From NCBI GenBank assembly GCA_963741205.1, contig CAVUHW010000041.1:1-19677 (forward strand): DNA of 19,677 nucleotides, given 5' to 3'. The DNA comes from Nitrospirota bacterium. Its GTDB lineage: Bacteria; Nitrospirota; UBA9217. Below the pieces are notes generated by a model. The model did not search any database, was not told where the DNA came from, and saw only the letters and a list, made by a program, of their open reading frames with translations. This document shows, one piece after another, positions 8,437 to 15,944 of the stretch (its first letter is position 1; every line of letters begins with the position of its first letter). The position numbers and the translations under genes are program-made.

Positions 8437-9687
8437 TCACATCATCTCCACGGACAGCGGTACGACTGCTACACCCTGGAGTCCCAGACCGGTAAAACCC
8501 CTGACGTATAAGTTCACCGGGATGAACTCATCCAACGTGGGGAAGATCCCGTTGGGGATAACGTTGAACTGGATGCTCGTGAATTCGCCCAGACCGAACC
8601 CATTCATATTGCGCATCACGATATGCAGTAGGGCCGGTACCCCGAAGAACGCGGGTGTGTATTTGGCTGCTATGATATTGTTGTTACCAAAGTCGGCTAC
8701 GCCCGATATGGTAACGACCCCGTCCGCGGTGATTCCTGTGGTCCGATCATGATCGAGCGTGACACCCAGTGGCAGGGCGAGCGTCACATCTAAGGCCGAC
8801 AGGGCGAAGGGAATACCAACCGTTGCCAACTTGAGCACGCCGGTTGCGAATGCGGGAGGCGCGGTGGCTGTCGTTCCGGTCGCGGCTGTCGTTCCGGCCG
8901 CGGTTGTCGTTCCGGTCGTGGTTGTATTGTTGGTGAAGCTTGCAATAGCCCCGCTGATCATGTTGGTCGAATCCGTCGACAGGTCGCCGCCGTGTTCCTC
9001 CTCATCGTCGAACTTGCCGAGAATCCGTTCCAAGGCGTCGTCCAGCGGTTCATTTTCCAACTTGTTTAAGTTAATGAGCAGCGAAAAGGCTCCGCAGGCT
9101 GCAGCGTACTTCTTCTGGTCGTCCGTCTCCCCTCCTGCAACAGGCAGGACCGAGACGATGTTCCTGAGACTAAAGGAGACAGCGACGCTGGCATTTGAAT
9201 TGTCAATCGATTCCGAGGTGAGAGGTCCGCTGCCTTTCGCTTTTTTATAGGCCAGTTCGGTCAGCGGCGTCACGGACACCGTCGTTGTTGCGTTGAGCTT
9301 AACGCCGGTAACGACCGCATGCAGCGGGATCTTGAGAGCGACCGTTGCCCCGCTTGCTTCGTCCGTAAATATTCCGCCTGTAACCTCAACGAATACTGGC
9401 CCTTCATAGGAGCCGAGGCTTACAGAATAGCTCCCTCCGTCAACGGTCTCTCCTGTCCCTATCGGAGCGGACGTGTCTATAAGGCCATCCTTTATCCCGT
9501 ACACTTTTACCGCCGCTCCGCTGATCGGCCCCTTTGACACCATCCCGCTCAGAACGCTTGCCTGCGCAGGTGGGGGAGCCGTCGATGTCGTTGCTTCTCC
9601 TCCAGACTTTCCGTTGCTGCCACAGCCCGTCAACAAAAGTACCACGAAATAGAGAATGGCAATTGGCTTGACGTATCGTATTTTCAT
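8437..9687 (-). CDS. secreted lipoprotein with an N-terminal Ig/carboxypeptidase-regulatory-like domain and a Thr/Ala linker
   Basis: MKIRYVK...LLLTGC lipobox; SGMVSKGPISGAAVKVY, GGIFTDEASG, VSVTPLTELA; the ORF is open from 9777. Confidence 0.75.
   Translation of the reverse strand: MKIRYVKPIAILYFVVLLLTGCGSNGKSGGEATTSTAPPPAQASVLSGMVSKGPISGAAVKVYGIKDGLIDTSAPIGTGETVDGGSYSVSLGSYEGPVFVEVTGGIFTDEASGATVALKIPLHAVVTGVKLNATTTVSVTPLTELAYKKAKGSGPLTSESIDNSNASVAVSFSLRNIVSVLPVAGGETDDQKKYAAACGAFSLLINLNKLENEPLDDALERILGKFDDEEEHGGDLSTDSTNMISGAIASFTNNTTTTGTTTAAGTTAATGTTATAPPAFATGVLKLATVGIPFALSALDVTLALPLGVTLDHDRTTGITADGVVTISGVADFGNNNIIAAKYTPAFFGVPALLHIVMRNMNGFGLGEFTSIQFNVIPNGIFPTLDEFIPVNLYVRGFTGLGLQGVAVVPLSVEMM
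8863..8925. repeat. 18-bp in-frame tandem repeat, 3.5 units
   Basis: (c/g)g(c/t)gg(c/t)tgtcgttccgg(t/c), encoding the TTTGTTTAAGTTAATGTTAT linker. Confidence 0.85.
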
Positions 9688-10236
9688 GGAACTGTACATT
9701 TCACTTCGGTCATGTAGAAAAGAGGAAGGTGCAGGTGACGCCTGCACCGGTAGCAGGAATGGGATGTTCTTCTTCATGGGATGCCTCCCTGCACTACTTG
9801 TAGGGAAAACTTGATTCTAATAAAATGATAGCACGGGCCGCAGATAACGCACTGTTTTAGAATATGGTATAATATTTGTCCTGTTTTAATGTTCGCTTGT
9901 GGCAGCAGCTGAATCAGGAGAACTTTTGCTGTTCTCATGCGAAGGGAGAAGTCTGCTTGGTAGATTTAGTCGGGAAGGCGATGACGTCCTTCAGAGGGGT
10001 TGGATCCCGCCGGAATGGTGGGTCGGATTGGACCGGAATACACATCATAGGTGCTATCGTTTTCGGTATCATTAACTAAAGAAGTTTAAACACAGACCCG
10101 CTGTAGACTGCACTTGGAGGTCATCTTCTGATTTTATTGTTGGCATGTTCCGACCAGGAATTCGTAGTTTTTCAAACGAGCGCAGACGCGAGGTAGTAGG
10201 TGTTGCCGATATATATGATCAATCGTAAAAATAACA

Positions 10237-10326
10237 AATCCGTTTGTAAACTTCAGTGCGGCGATAATCCTGTGGTTCACGCTAAACATAAATCGCGGAT
10301 CCGCGCACTTCATGTCAAAATTGTTG
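10237..10326 (+). repeat. CATCCTG-box repeat copy 9
   Basis: gtaaacttcagtgcggcgat-AATCCTG(10266); TTCATGTCAAAATTGTT at 10309 (offset 43); very similar to copy 8. Confidence 0.88.
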
Positions 10327-10604
10327 TTTTCTGAAGTTGCCTTCCTTAAAATCAAGGGAATGTTTAGCTCGCTCGTTGCCTCAACCTTTCCTTGCTCGAC
10401 GAATGTTCAGAAAACGAACAAGAGCACGGAGAATGGCACATATCAAGGATCTGCTGTCAACGCTAAAGTGAAAACTCACGGAATACGGCTTATAATAAGC
10501 GATCGGCCCAAAATGAGTTGCTCAGAATAACCCCACCCGCCCAAAAAAATCCGCACATACCTGCAAACATATTGTTTTCACTCAATCATTATCATCTTAA
10601 TTTG

Positions 10605-10621
10605 TTGGCATATCATTTGCT
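10605..10621 (+). promoter_or_regulatory. sigma54 (-24/-12) promoter
   Basis: TTGGCATATCATTTGCT with exact GG-N10-GC spacing. Confidence 0.6.
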
Positions 10622-10728
10622 TAAAAAAGCTCATAATGACTACAAAAAAAATTGTAGATGCACTCTTAATCGATGCAATGACATCCTGAAAGTCGCTCAG
10701 ACAAAGTGTCACACGAGGCGGTTGAGTA

Positions 10729-11043
10729 ATGTCTAAAGATACTATTTTAGACGTACAGTGTCCGGCGTGCCATTCGACGGCCGTCAATCGTTATGGATAT
10801 ACACGAAAAAGCATACAGCGCTATGTCTGCTTAATCTGTGGGAGGCAGTTTACTAATGGTTACCGTAAGATAGTCGAGCAAAGACCGTTATGCGTTTCCT
10901 GCGGCGGCATTATGTATCTCTACAAAGAGGAGAAGACGAGCGTACGTTACAGGTGCTCGAGATATCCTGACTGCAGAACATTCGTGAAAGTTTCAAAAAA
11001 GGGAACCAGTATCGAGGCATCATCAGCTCCAGCTCCAGCATAA
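10729..11043 (+). CDS. double zinc-ribbon protein with an IS1 InsA-like N-terminus
   Basis: CPACHS..VNRYG.....QRYVCLICGRQF plus CVSCGG...YRCSRYPDC; no InsB/DDE domain follows. Confidence 0.7.
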   Translation: MSKDTILDVQCPACHSTAVNRYGYTRKSIQRYVCLICGRQFTNGYRKIVEQRPLCVSCGGIMYLYKEEKTSVRYRCSRYPDCRTFVKVSKKGTSIEASSAPAPA

Positions 11044-11156
11044 CTTCGGTCACATTATCTCCAAGTAATACTCAATATTCCGTTTGAACAAAAATTGAAG
11101 AAGCCTAATATCTTGCCATACCTTTTCTTGGAACAGAATCAAAATGTCAAAATCCC

Positions 11157-11185
11157 TTGACTAAAATTCTCTACTCTGACATACT
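11157..11185 (+). promoter_or_regulatory. sigma70 promoter of hup
   Basis: TTGACT-17-CATACT, with TG one base upstream of the -10 box. Confidence 0.55.
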
Positions 11186-11238
11186 TTCGTTCGCCCCTCT
11201 ATTAAAGCACATTCAACCCAATCCAAAAGGAGGATCAA

Positions 11239-11526
11239 ATGGCAAAAGCGATGACCAAGGCGCAATTGGTAACACGTGTTTCTGAGAAAGCCGGAATCAC
11301 GAAGAAGGCAGCGAGTGACATACTTATTCACATTGCTGAAATAGCCTACAAGGAAGCAAAGAACTCATTTACACTTCCTGGCATTGGGAAGCTCGTGCTC
11401 GTTCAGCGCAAGGCCCGCATGGGCAGGAACCCCCAGACCGGCGAGGCCATCAATATTCCCGCTAAGAAGGTTGTCAAGTTCCGAGTTGCCAAGGCCGCAA
11501 AGGATGCGATCTTGGGGAAGAAATAA
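11239..11526 (+). CDS. hup: DNA-binding protein HU
   Basis: RBS aggagg; MTKAQLV...LPGIGKL...RKARMGRNPQTGEAINIPAKKVVKFR. Confidence 0.95.
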   Translation: MAKAMTKAQLVTRVSEKAGITKKAASDILIHIAEIAYKEAKNSFTLPGIGKLVLVQRKARMGRNPQTGEAINIPAKKVVKFRVAKAAKDAILGKK

Positions 11527-11554
11527 CAGCTATCACCTGAGAGCAATCATCGGT

Positions 11555-11591
11555 AAAAGGGCCTTCTGACCTCTGGTTGGAAGGCTCTTTT
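11555..11591 (+). terminator. rho-independent terminator (bidirectional form)
   Basis: aaaagggccttctgacc-tct-ggttggaaggctctttt. Confidence 0.75.
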
Positions 11592-11609
11592 GGGTTTGAG
11601 AGAACCATA

Positions 11610-11722
11610 TTTGCGATCGTAATATTCAGCGCGTTTAGCTTCCTGAACTCATTGAAGTAGCATATCATTAAAACATATCAAGTTACATTCTGTATCTGTT
11701 GGGATGCCCCAAAAATACCCAA
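11610..11722 (+). repeat. CATCCTG-box repeat copy 10
   Basis: gtaatattcagcgcgtttag-CTTCCTGAAC(11639); right arm ttaca...atgccccaaaaatacccaa is shared with copy 11. Confidence 0.7.
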
Positions 11723-12040
11723 TCAACGTGATTGACAGGAAATAACATCGACATTGCCTGGCTATACTCGCAAAAACAGATAACGATCCTTTCAACAACC
11801 TGCGAAGAAGCATCCGGAGGTTTCAGGACTGATCGAGGCGTTCAATAATTAAATTAATCCCACCTTTGCTTGTGTTTCTTAAATTTTTATGATATACATA
11901 AAAAGTAACGTTATCTCTACTCTCCATTACAAAAGCGCATAATCGTATTATTCTTTGATATCAAAATACTAACAACACCAAAAATCCGAGCAGTATAGCC
12001 CCGATTCTGTGTGGATTTCGGCAGAGAAAGGAGATTATAC

Positions 12041-12478
12041 ATGTTAAAAGAGTTCAAGGAATTCATCATGCGGGGCAATGTAGTGGATCTCGCAGTCGGT
12101 ATCATCATCGGCGGGGCTTTTGGAAAGATCATCACCTCCCTGGTCGGTGACGTCCTGATGCCGCCGTTGGGAAAGCTCATGGGCAATATGGACTTTAGCG
12201 GGCTGTTCATCAACCTCTCGGGAACCGCGTATCCATCGCTTGCGGCGGCCAAGGCAGCAGGGGCAGCCACGATCAACTACGGGTTGTTCATCAACACGGT
12301 GATCGACTTCATCATCGTCGGGGCAGCAATATTTATCCTGATCAAACAGGTCAATCGTTTGAAAAAACCAGTAGAGGTTGCGCCTCCGTCCACCAAGGCA
12401 TGTCCGTATTGCCTGTCCAATGTGCCGCTCAAGGCGACCCGTTGTTTTGCTTGCACTTCGGAACTAAAGGCAATGTGA
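12041..12478 (+). CDS. mscL: large-conductance mechanosensitive channel with a C-terminal CxxC-CxxC tail
   Basis: [35 protein letters not shown]...[13 protein letters not shown]; tail CPYC...CFAC. Confidence 0.95.
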   Translation: MLKEFKEFIMRGNVVDLAVGIIIGGAFGKIITSLVGDVLMPPLGKLMGNMDFSGLFINLSGTAYPSLAAAKAAGAATINYGLFINTVIDFIIVGAAIFILIKQVNRLKKPVEVAPPSTKACPYCLSNVPLKATRCFACTSELKAM

Positions 12479-12570
12479 AATATAGCACTCATTGATTCGG
12501 CAGCGAGATGGCGGATTCGATTGTCCCCACAAACCATAATTTAACTCTAATTAAAGAAAGGAATCGAGCC

Positions 12571-13419
12571 ATGAAATGTAAAAAATCTTTTCAGATTACG
12601 CTTGCACTTTCGTCTTTGCTGATAGCTGCGGTCGCTGCGTCTCCCGCGCAAGCGAAGCCACACCTCGGATATGTCTACAACACGGACGAAACAGCTCCCG
12701 TGCGCACCATGGACGGAAATTGCGTTCGCACAATGGAGTGGCGGAAAGAGTTAGCCAACATGGAATGCAATCCCGAGTTGGTACCGGCGCCGAAGGTCGT
12801 CGCGCCGGCACCGGCCCCTGCTCCCGCGCCAGCGGCGGAATCAACCCCCGCACCTGCGGCAGCAGCAACCGCAGCTGCAGCTGCGGCTGTTGTTCCTGAA
12901 AAAGACAGCGATAACGATGGCGTACCCGATAGTAAGGATAAATGTCCCGACACGCCAGCCGGTGTAAAGGTGGATGCGAACGGATGCCCCCTTGACAGCG
13001 ACAATGACGGCGTACCGGATTATCTGGACAAGTGTCCGGACACGCCCGCTGGCGCAACGGTTAACGCGGACGGCTGCGTGATTAAGATCACCCTTAACGT
13101 GCAATTTGATTCGGGCAAGGCGGAGGTTAAATCGCAGTATCTGCCTGAGCTCGAACAGTTCGCTCAGGCCTTGAAGCAGAAACCTGAAGTGAAGGTAGAG
13201 ATCGAGGGCCATACGGACAACGTGGGCAACGCAGCGAAGAACAAGTCGCTTTCCGAAGCCCGGGCAAAGGCAGTTCGCGACGTGCTGGTCAAGAAATACG
13301 GCATTGCCGCCGACCGTGTTACGGCAAAAGGATACGGTATGGAAAAGCCGGTGGCCGGGAATGACACGCCCGAAGGCAGGGAAAAGAACCGGCGCGTAGA
13401 CGCGGTCAGAGTGAAGTAG
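12571..13419 (+). CDS. OmpA/OprF-family peptidoglycan-binding protein with a Pro/Ala linker and two TSP3-like Ca-binding repeats
   Basis: Signal peptide; DSDNDGVPD..DKCPDTPAG twice; FDSGKA, IEGHTDNVG, LSEARAKAV, GYG..KP, NRRV. Confidence 0.92.
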   Translation: MKCKKSFQITLALSSLLIAAVAASPAQAKPHLGYVYNTDETAPVRTMDGNCVRTMEWRKELANMECNPELVPAPKVVAPAPAPAPAPAAESTPAPAAAATAAAAAAVVPEKDSDNDGVPDSKDKCPDTPAGVKVDANGCPLDSDNDGVPDYLDKCPDTPAGATVNADGCVIKITLNVQFDSGKAEVKSQYLPELEQFAQALKQKPEVKVEIEGHTDNVGNAAKNKSLSEARAKAVRDVLVKKYGIAADRVTAKGYGMEKPVAGNDTPEGREKNRRVDAVRVK

Positions 13420-13471
13420 ATATACGTTATTAACATTCTGGGAATTTTAAAAGGATGAGACTTGAAGACAA

Positions 13472-13536
13472 GCCCAACAAGGCGCTAAGAGGGGCGCGGC
13501 ATGAAGCCGCCGCGCCCCCCAGCTTGGTCGTTCATG
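13472..13536 (+). other. integron attC site (isolated)
   Basis: R'' GCCCAAC; L'' aaggcgctaag; GC stem ggggcgcggc/gccgcgcccc; L' cagcttggtc; R' GTTcatg; 65 bp. Confidence 0.7.
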
Positions 13537-13718
13537 TGTATGATACAACCAGAATACTGCATGCCCGTTGATAGATCGTCTACTCGCTCTGTAGTGAATG
13601 TCGCAATCTTCATGTCGGCAAATGACATGTACCAGCCGAAATTGTTAACAGTATCGCCTTTTCGATTTCACAAGTAGTAGGTGACGCTGATAAATATTAT
13701 GATGCTGAAGGTTAATAA

Positions 13719-13753
13719 ATTCCAGTCGAAACTTTCATCGCGCCCTCCATCCT
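13719..13753 (+). repeat. CATCCTG-box repeat copy 11, left half (interrupted by the IS)
   Basis: attccagtcgaaactttcatcgcgccctc-CATCCT, then non-repeat sequence. Confidence 0.85.
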
Positions 13754-14009
13754 TTTATGTTAAAAGTCAAGCCTGGCTCAGACTAAACAGGCTGGCCGAT
13801 AGGTTTTTCCCTGTTTGCTGTTTGTTTTCGTTAATGGTCATTGAAAGAGTATCAGTCGGAGGATTCCTCCCCTGCATTGATCGTTTGTGAGAAATTTCTT
13901 TGTTGGAGCAAATATCGGTTCTCACAAATGCCCCAGGATCGATTTTCCCGGGACAGTCCATATCCTGATACCCCCCTGTAGGATCCTTTCTCGGGATTTG
14001 TTCGCAGAA

Positions 14010-14216
14010 CGGACAAATCTTTAAAACCACGCTTTTATTAGCAGACATGCCTACATCATTAAAGGCAGCTGCATTTCCTTGATCATGTATTAAAGTTGTG
14101 GGTCCGCAGTCTGAAGTAGTGCAGACACGCTTCATTAGCCGGCTGCAGGATGGAACAAAGCGGTACCCACGATGAATAAGGTTCTAAAATCGGCCGCTCT
14201 AACGTGATCCCGTTTC
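14010..14216 (-). ncRNA. predicted bridge/seek RNA with target-binding and donor-binding loops (ends approximate)
   Basis: Two homologous stem-internal-loop-stem units (GCAGC..UAAUGA..UGUCUGC); guides UCCAUCCU and ACUUCAG match the target; AUAAAAG matches the donor. Confidence 0.8.
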
Positions 14217-15287
14217 TTATTGTATAACCGCAGGCACATACTCCTTCTGATTCTTCAGGACGTATCTGATTCGATTCAATAGTTTTCTGGCGATATGAAC
14301 GATGGCCCTTGTTCTTGGCATGTTCTTAGAGAGGCGTTCAAAGGCCATTAGCAACGCCGGGTCTTTCCGTGTAGCAATCCACGAGCTTTCAATAATCAAA
14401 TGCCGAAGTGATTGGTTGCGCCGGTTGGTAATGCCTGTTGTGATGTCCTTTTCTCCGCTGGAGTCCGTATTAGGAATGAGACCGACATAGCTCGCAAGTT
14501 TGTCGAGTGATCCAAACCGATCAATATTACACAGTTCCGTGAGAAACGTCATGGCGGTGAGTGTGCTGATCCCCGATACGGTTCTTAACAATTTCACATT
14601 AACTTTATATTCAGCTGACCGAGAGAGGACGCGAATGTTCCGGTTCAATTCGACAACGATTCCCCGGATATGGTGTAGCTCTTGGAGATGCACCATAAAG
14701 GAGACATTGCCACTGGCTTTTTCCATGCGAATCGCTTCAAGCCATTTAATGAACTTGCTTGACCAGTTACGAGTAACAATGTCAGTGGGTAGATGAATGC
14801 CATAAAAAGCGAGCATGGACTTGATCTGGTTCTTGCACCGGGTCTGCTTCTTGACCATGTTTCGTCGAGTTCTGATTAAGCTGCGATCTTCGACCTTTAT
14901 CCGCGTGGGAACATAGATTCCTGCGAGCTCTCCGTTCCTATGGCATCGGGCAAGTTTGCGGCAATCTACCTTATCGTTTTTGCCTGCCCGTTCCTTGTCT
15001 GTTGTCGGAATGTCAGCAGGATTTACCACTATGCAGTCGATGCCTTTTTCTCTTAACTGGTCGTGGATCCAGAATCCGGAATAGCCGGCTTCATAAACGG
15101 CATGATAGGTTGCACCAGGGAAGTTCCGATTCAAGTAGTTGGCAAGAACCGATGGATCTGGTGGTTGCGTGAAGGTCTTATGTTCAAACTGCTGAGTCAA
15201 GATGCATACACTCCAACTTTTCTTATGAACGTCCAAACCGACATAAATATGTTGACCGCTGAAATCGAGTTTGCTAATGTTAATCAT
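14217..15287 (-). CDS. IS110 family transposase/recombinase (DEDD RuvC plus Tnp20 domain)
   Basis: VGLDVHKK, VYEAG, KNDKVD catalytic DEDD residues; GLIPNTDSSG serine motif; RBS aaggag. Confidence 0.95.
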   Translation of the reverse strand: MINISKLDFSGQHIYVGLDVHKKSWSVCILTQQFEHKTFTQPPDPSVLANYLNRNFPGATYHAVYEAGYSGFWIHDQLREKGIDCIVVNPADIPTTDKERAGKNDKVDCRKLARCHRNGELAGIYVPTRIKVEDRSLIRTRRNMVKKQTRCKNQIKSMLAFYGIHLPTDIVTRNWSSKFIKWLEAIRMEKASGNVSFMVHLQELHHIRGIVVELNRNIRVLSRSAEYKVNVKLLRTVSGISTLTAMTFLTELCNIDRFGSLDKLASYVGLIPNTDSSGEKDITTGITNRRNQSLRHLIIESSWIATRKDPALLMAFERLSKNMPRTRAIVHIARKLLNRIRYVLKNQKEYVPAVIQ

Positions 15288-15367
15288 GGCAAGTCTCCTT
15301 TCGGTGTATTTTGGTCTTCCTAACGAAAATATACCTTAAGTCAGACTTGCCATTTTAATCATAAGGT

Positions 15368-15447
15368 CTGAAGTTCACGAATTCCCATTCTTGCAAACAA
15401 TCAACGTTACGTTTCGAATTTATTACCGTATGCCCCCAAAATACCCA
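15368..15447 (+). repeat. CATCCTG-box repeat copy 11, right half
   Basis: CTgaagttcacg...ttacgtttcgaatttt...atgcccccaaaatacccaa. Confidence 0.8.
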
Positions 15448-15450
15448 ACC

Positions 15451-15501
15451 GAAGTCGTGTTACAACAACTTCTTGACAATGACATGAGTATGGATTAAGT
15501 T
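15451..15501 (+). promoter_or_regulatory. promoter with an adjacent 22-bp palindromic operator candidate
   Basis: gaagtcgtgttacaacaacttc abuts TTGACA(15473)-17-TAAGTT. Confidence 0.5.
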
Positions 15502-15507
15502 ATTTCT

Positions 15508-15795
15508 ATGTCATTCAGGGACGCCATGACCGGGCGAAGTCGATTTGCCGGCGTACTCATACTTCTCCTACTCGTATCCACCTTCGTGGCGTTGCAGCAT
15601 TCCCACCAGAATGCAGCCGATGACCACGACTGCCCTATCTGCGTCGTAAGCCATCATCAGCCCGCAACCGATCAAGCTGCGGTGGCATCTGATGTCGTCC
15701 CCTGTTTCATTGAAACTACTATTGTTTCCACCCCCTCGGTTTTTGCCGAAAACATCTTTGCTGATTCTCTGAACAACCGCGGTCCTCCCGCATAA
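15508..15795 (+). CDS. small His/CxxC metal-binding membrane protein (DUF2946-like)
   Basis: TM helix, HSHQ...HDCPIC..SHH, C-terminal RGPPA. Confidence 0.75.
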   Translation: MSFRDAMTGRSRFAGVLILLLLVSTFVALQHSHQNAADDHDCPICVVSHHQPATDQAAVASDVVPCFIETTIVSTPSVFAENIFADSLNNRGPPA

Positions 15796-15944
15796 ATCAT
15801 CCCCCGACAATTTCCCCCGTTCATTAAGTAGCGCGCTCGCAGAGAGGTCCGAAGCTGCCTTGGCTCCCTGTTGGTGCACTTTATCGCCTTGTGCCTATGC
15901 CAGAGGCACGATGCATCACGTCCACATTCTTTTCACGAGGAATC

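Larger units (their letters stand above)
13754..15369 (-). mobile_element. complete IS110-family element with IS1111-like organisation
   Basis: CT core at 13752-53 and 15368-69; removing the IS restores catcCTgaagttcacg with the 43-bp offset; subterminal IR ttatgttaaaa / ttttaatcataa; long 3' non-coding end. Confidence 0.9.

Noticed and set aside
8522-9537. Plus-strand ORFs inside the 8437-9687 gene, and antisense ORFs over mscL, ompA, the transposase and the metal operon
   Set aside because: Shadow frames of well-supported genes.
10650-10740. Additional repeat copy at gacatcctgaaag (10683)
   Set aside because: The upstream box is off by 2 bp and there is no second box at +43.
13535-13625. 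Possible degenerate twelfth copy (catgcc ... cttcatgtcgg)
   Set aside because: The core is mismatched and the offset is 49 bp; too weak to count.
13767-14135. 122-aa minus-strand ORF as an IS passenger gene
   Set aside because: No recognisable motif, and it overlaps the bridge-RNA stems and hairpins; better explained as non-coding.
14176-14182. ataaggt direct repeat with 15361-15367 as an alternative IS boundary
   Set aside because: The 13754 boundary explains the CT core, the restored target, the subterminal IR and the 17-bp junction promoter; this one explains none of them.
180-15447. Repeats as a CRISPR array or as fragments of a repeated protein domain
   Set aside because: Copies are divergent and 0.17-2.9 kb apart. 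The translations I tried hit stops in several copies, and conservation is in spaced boxes rather than codon-patterned.
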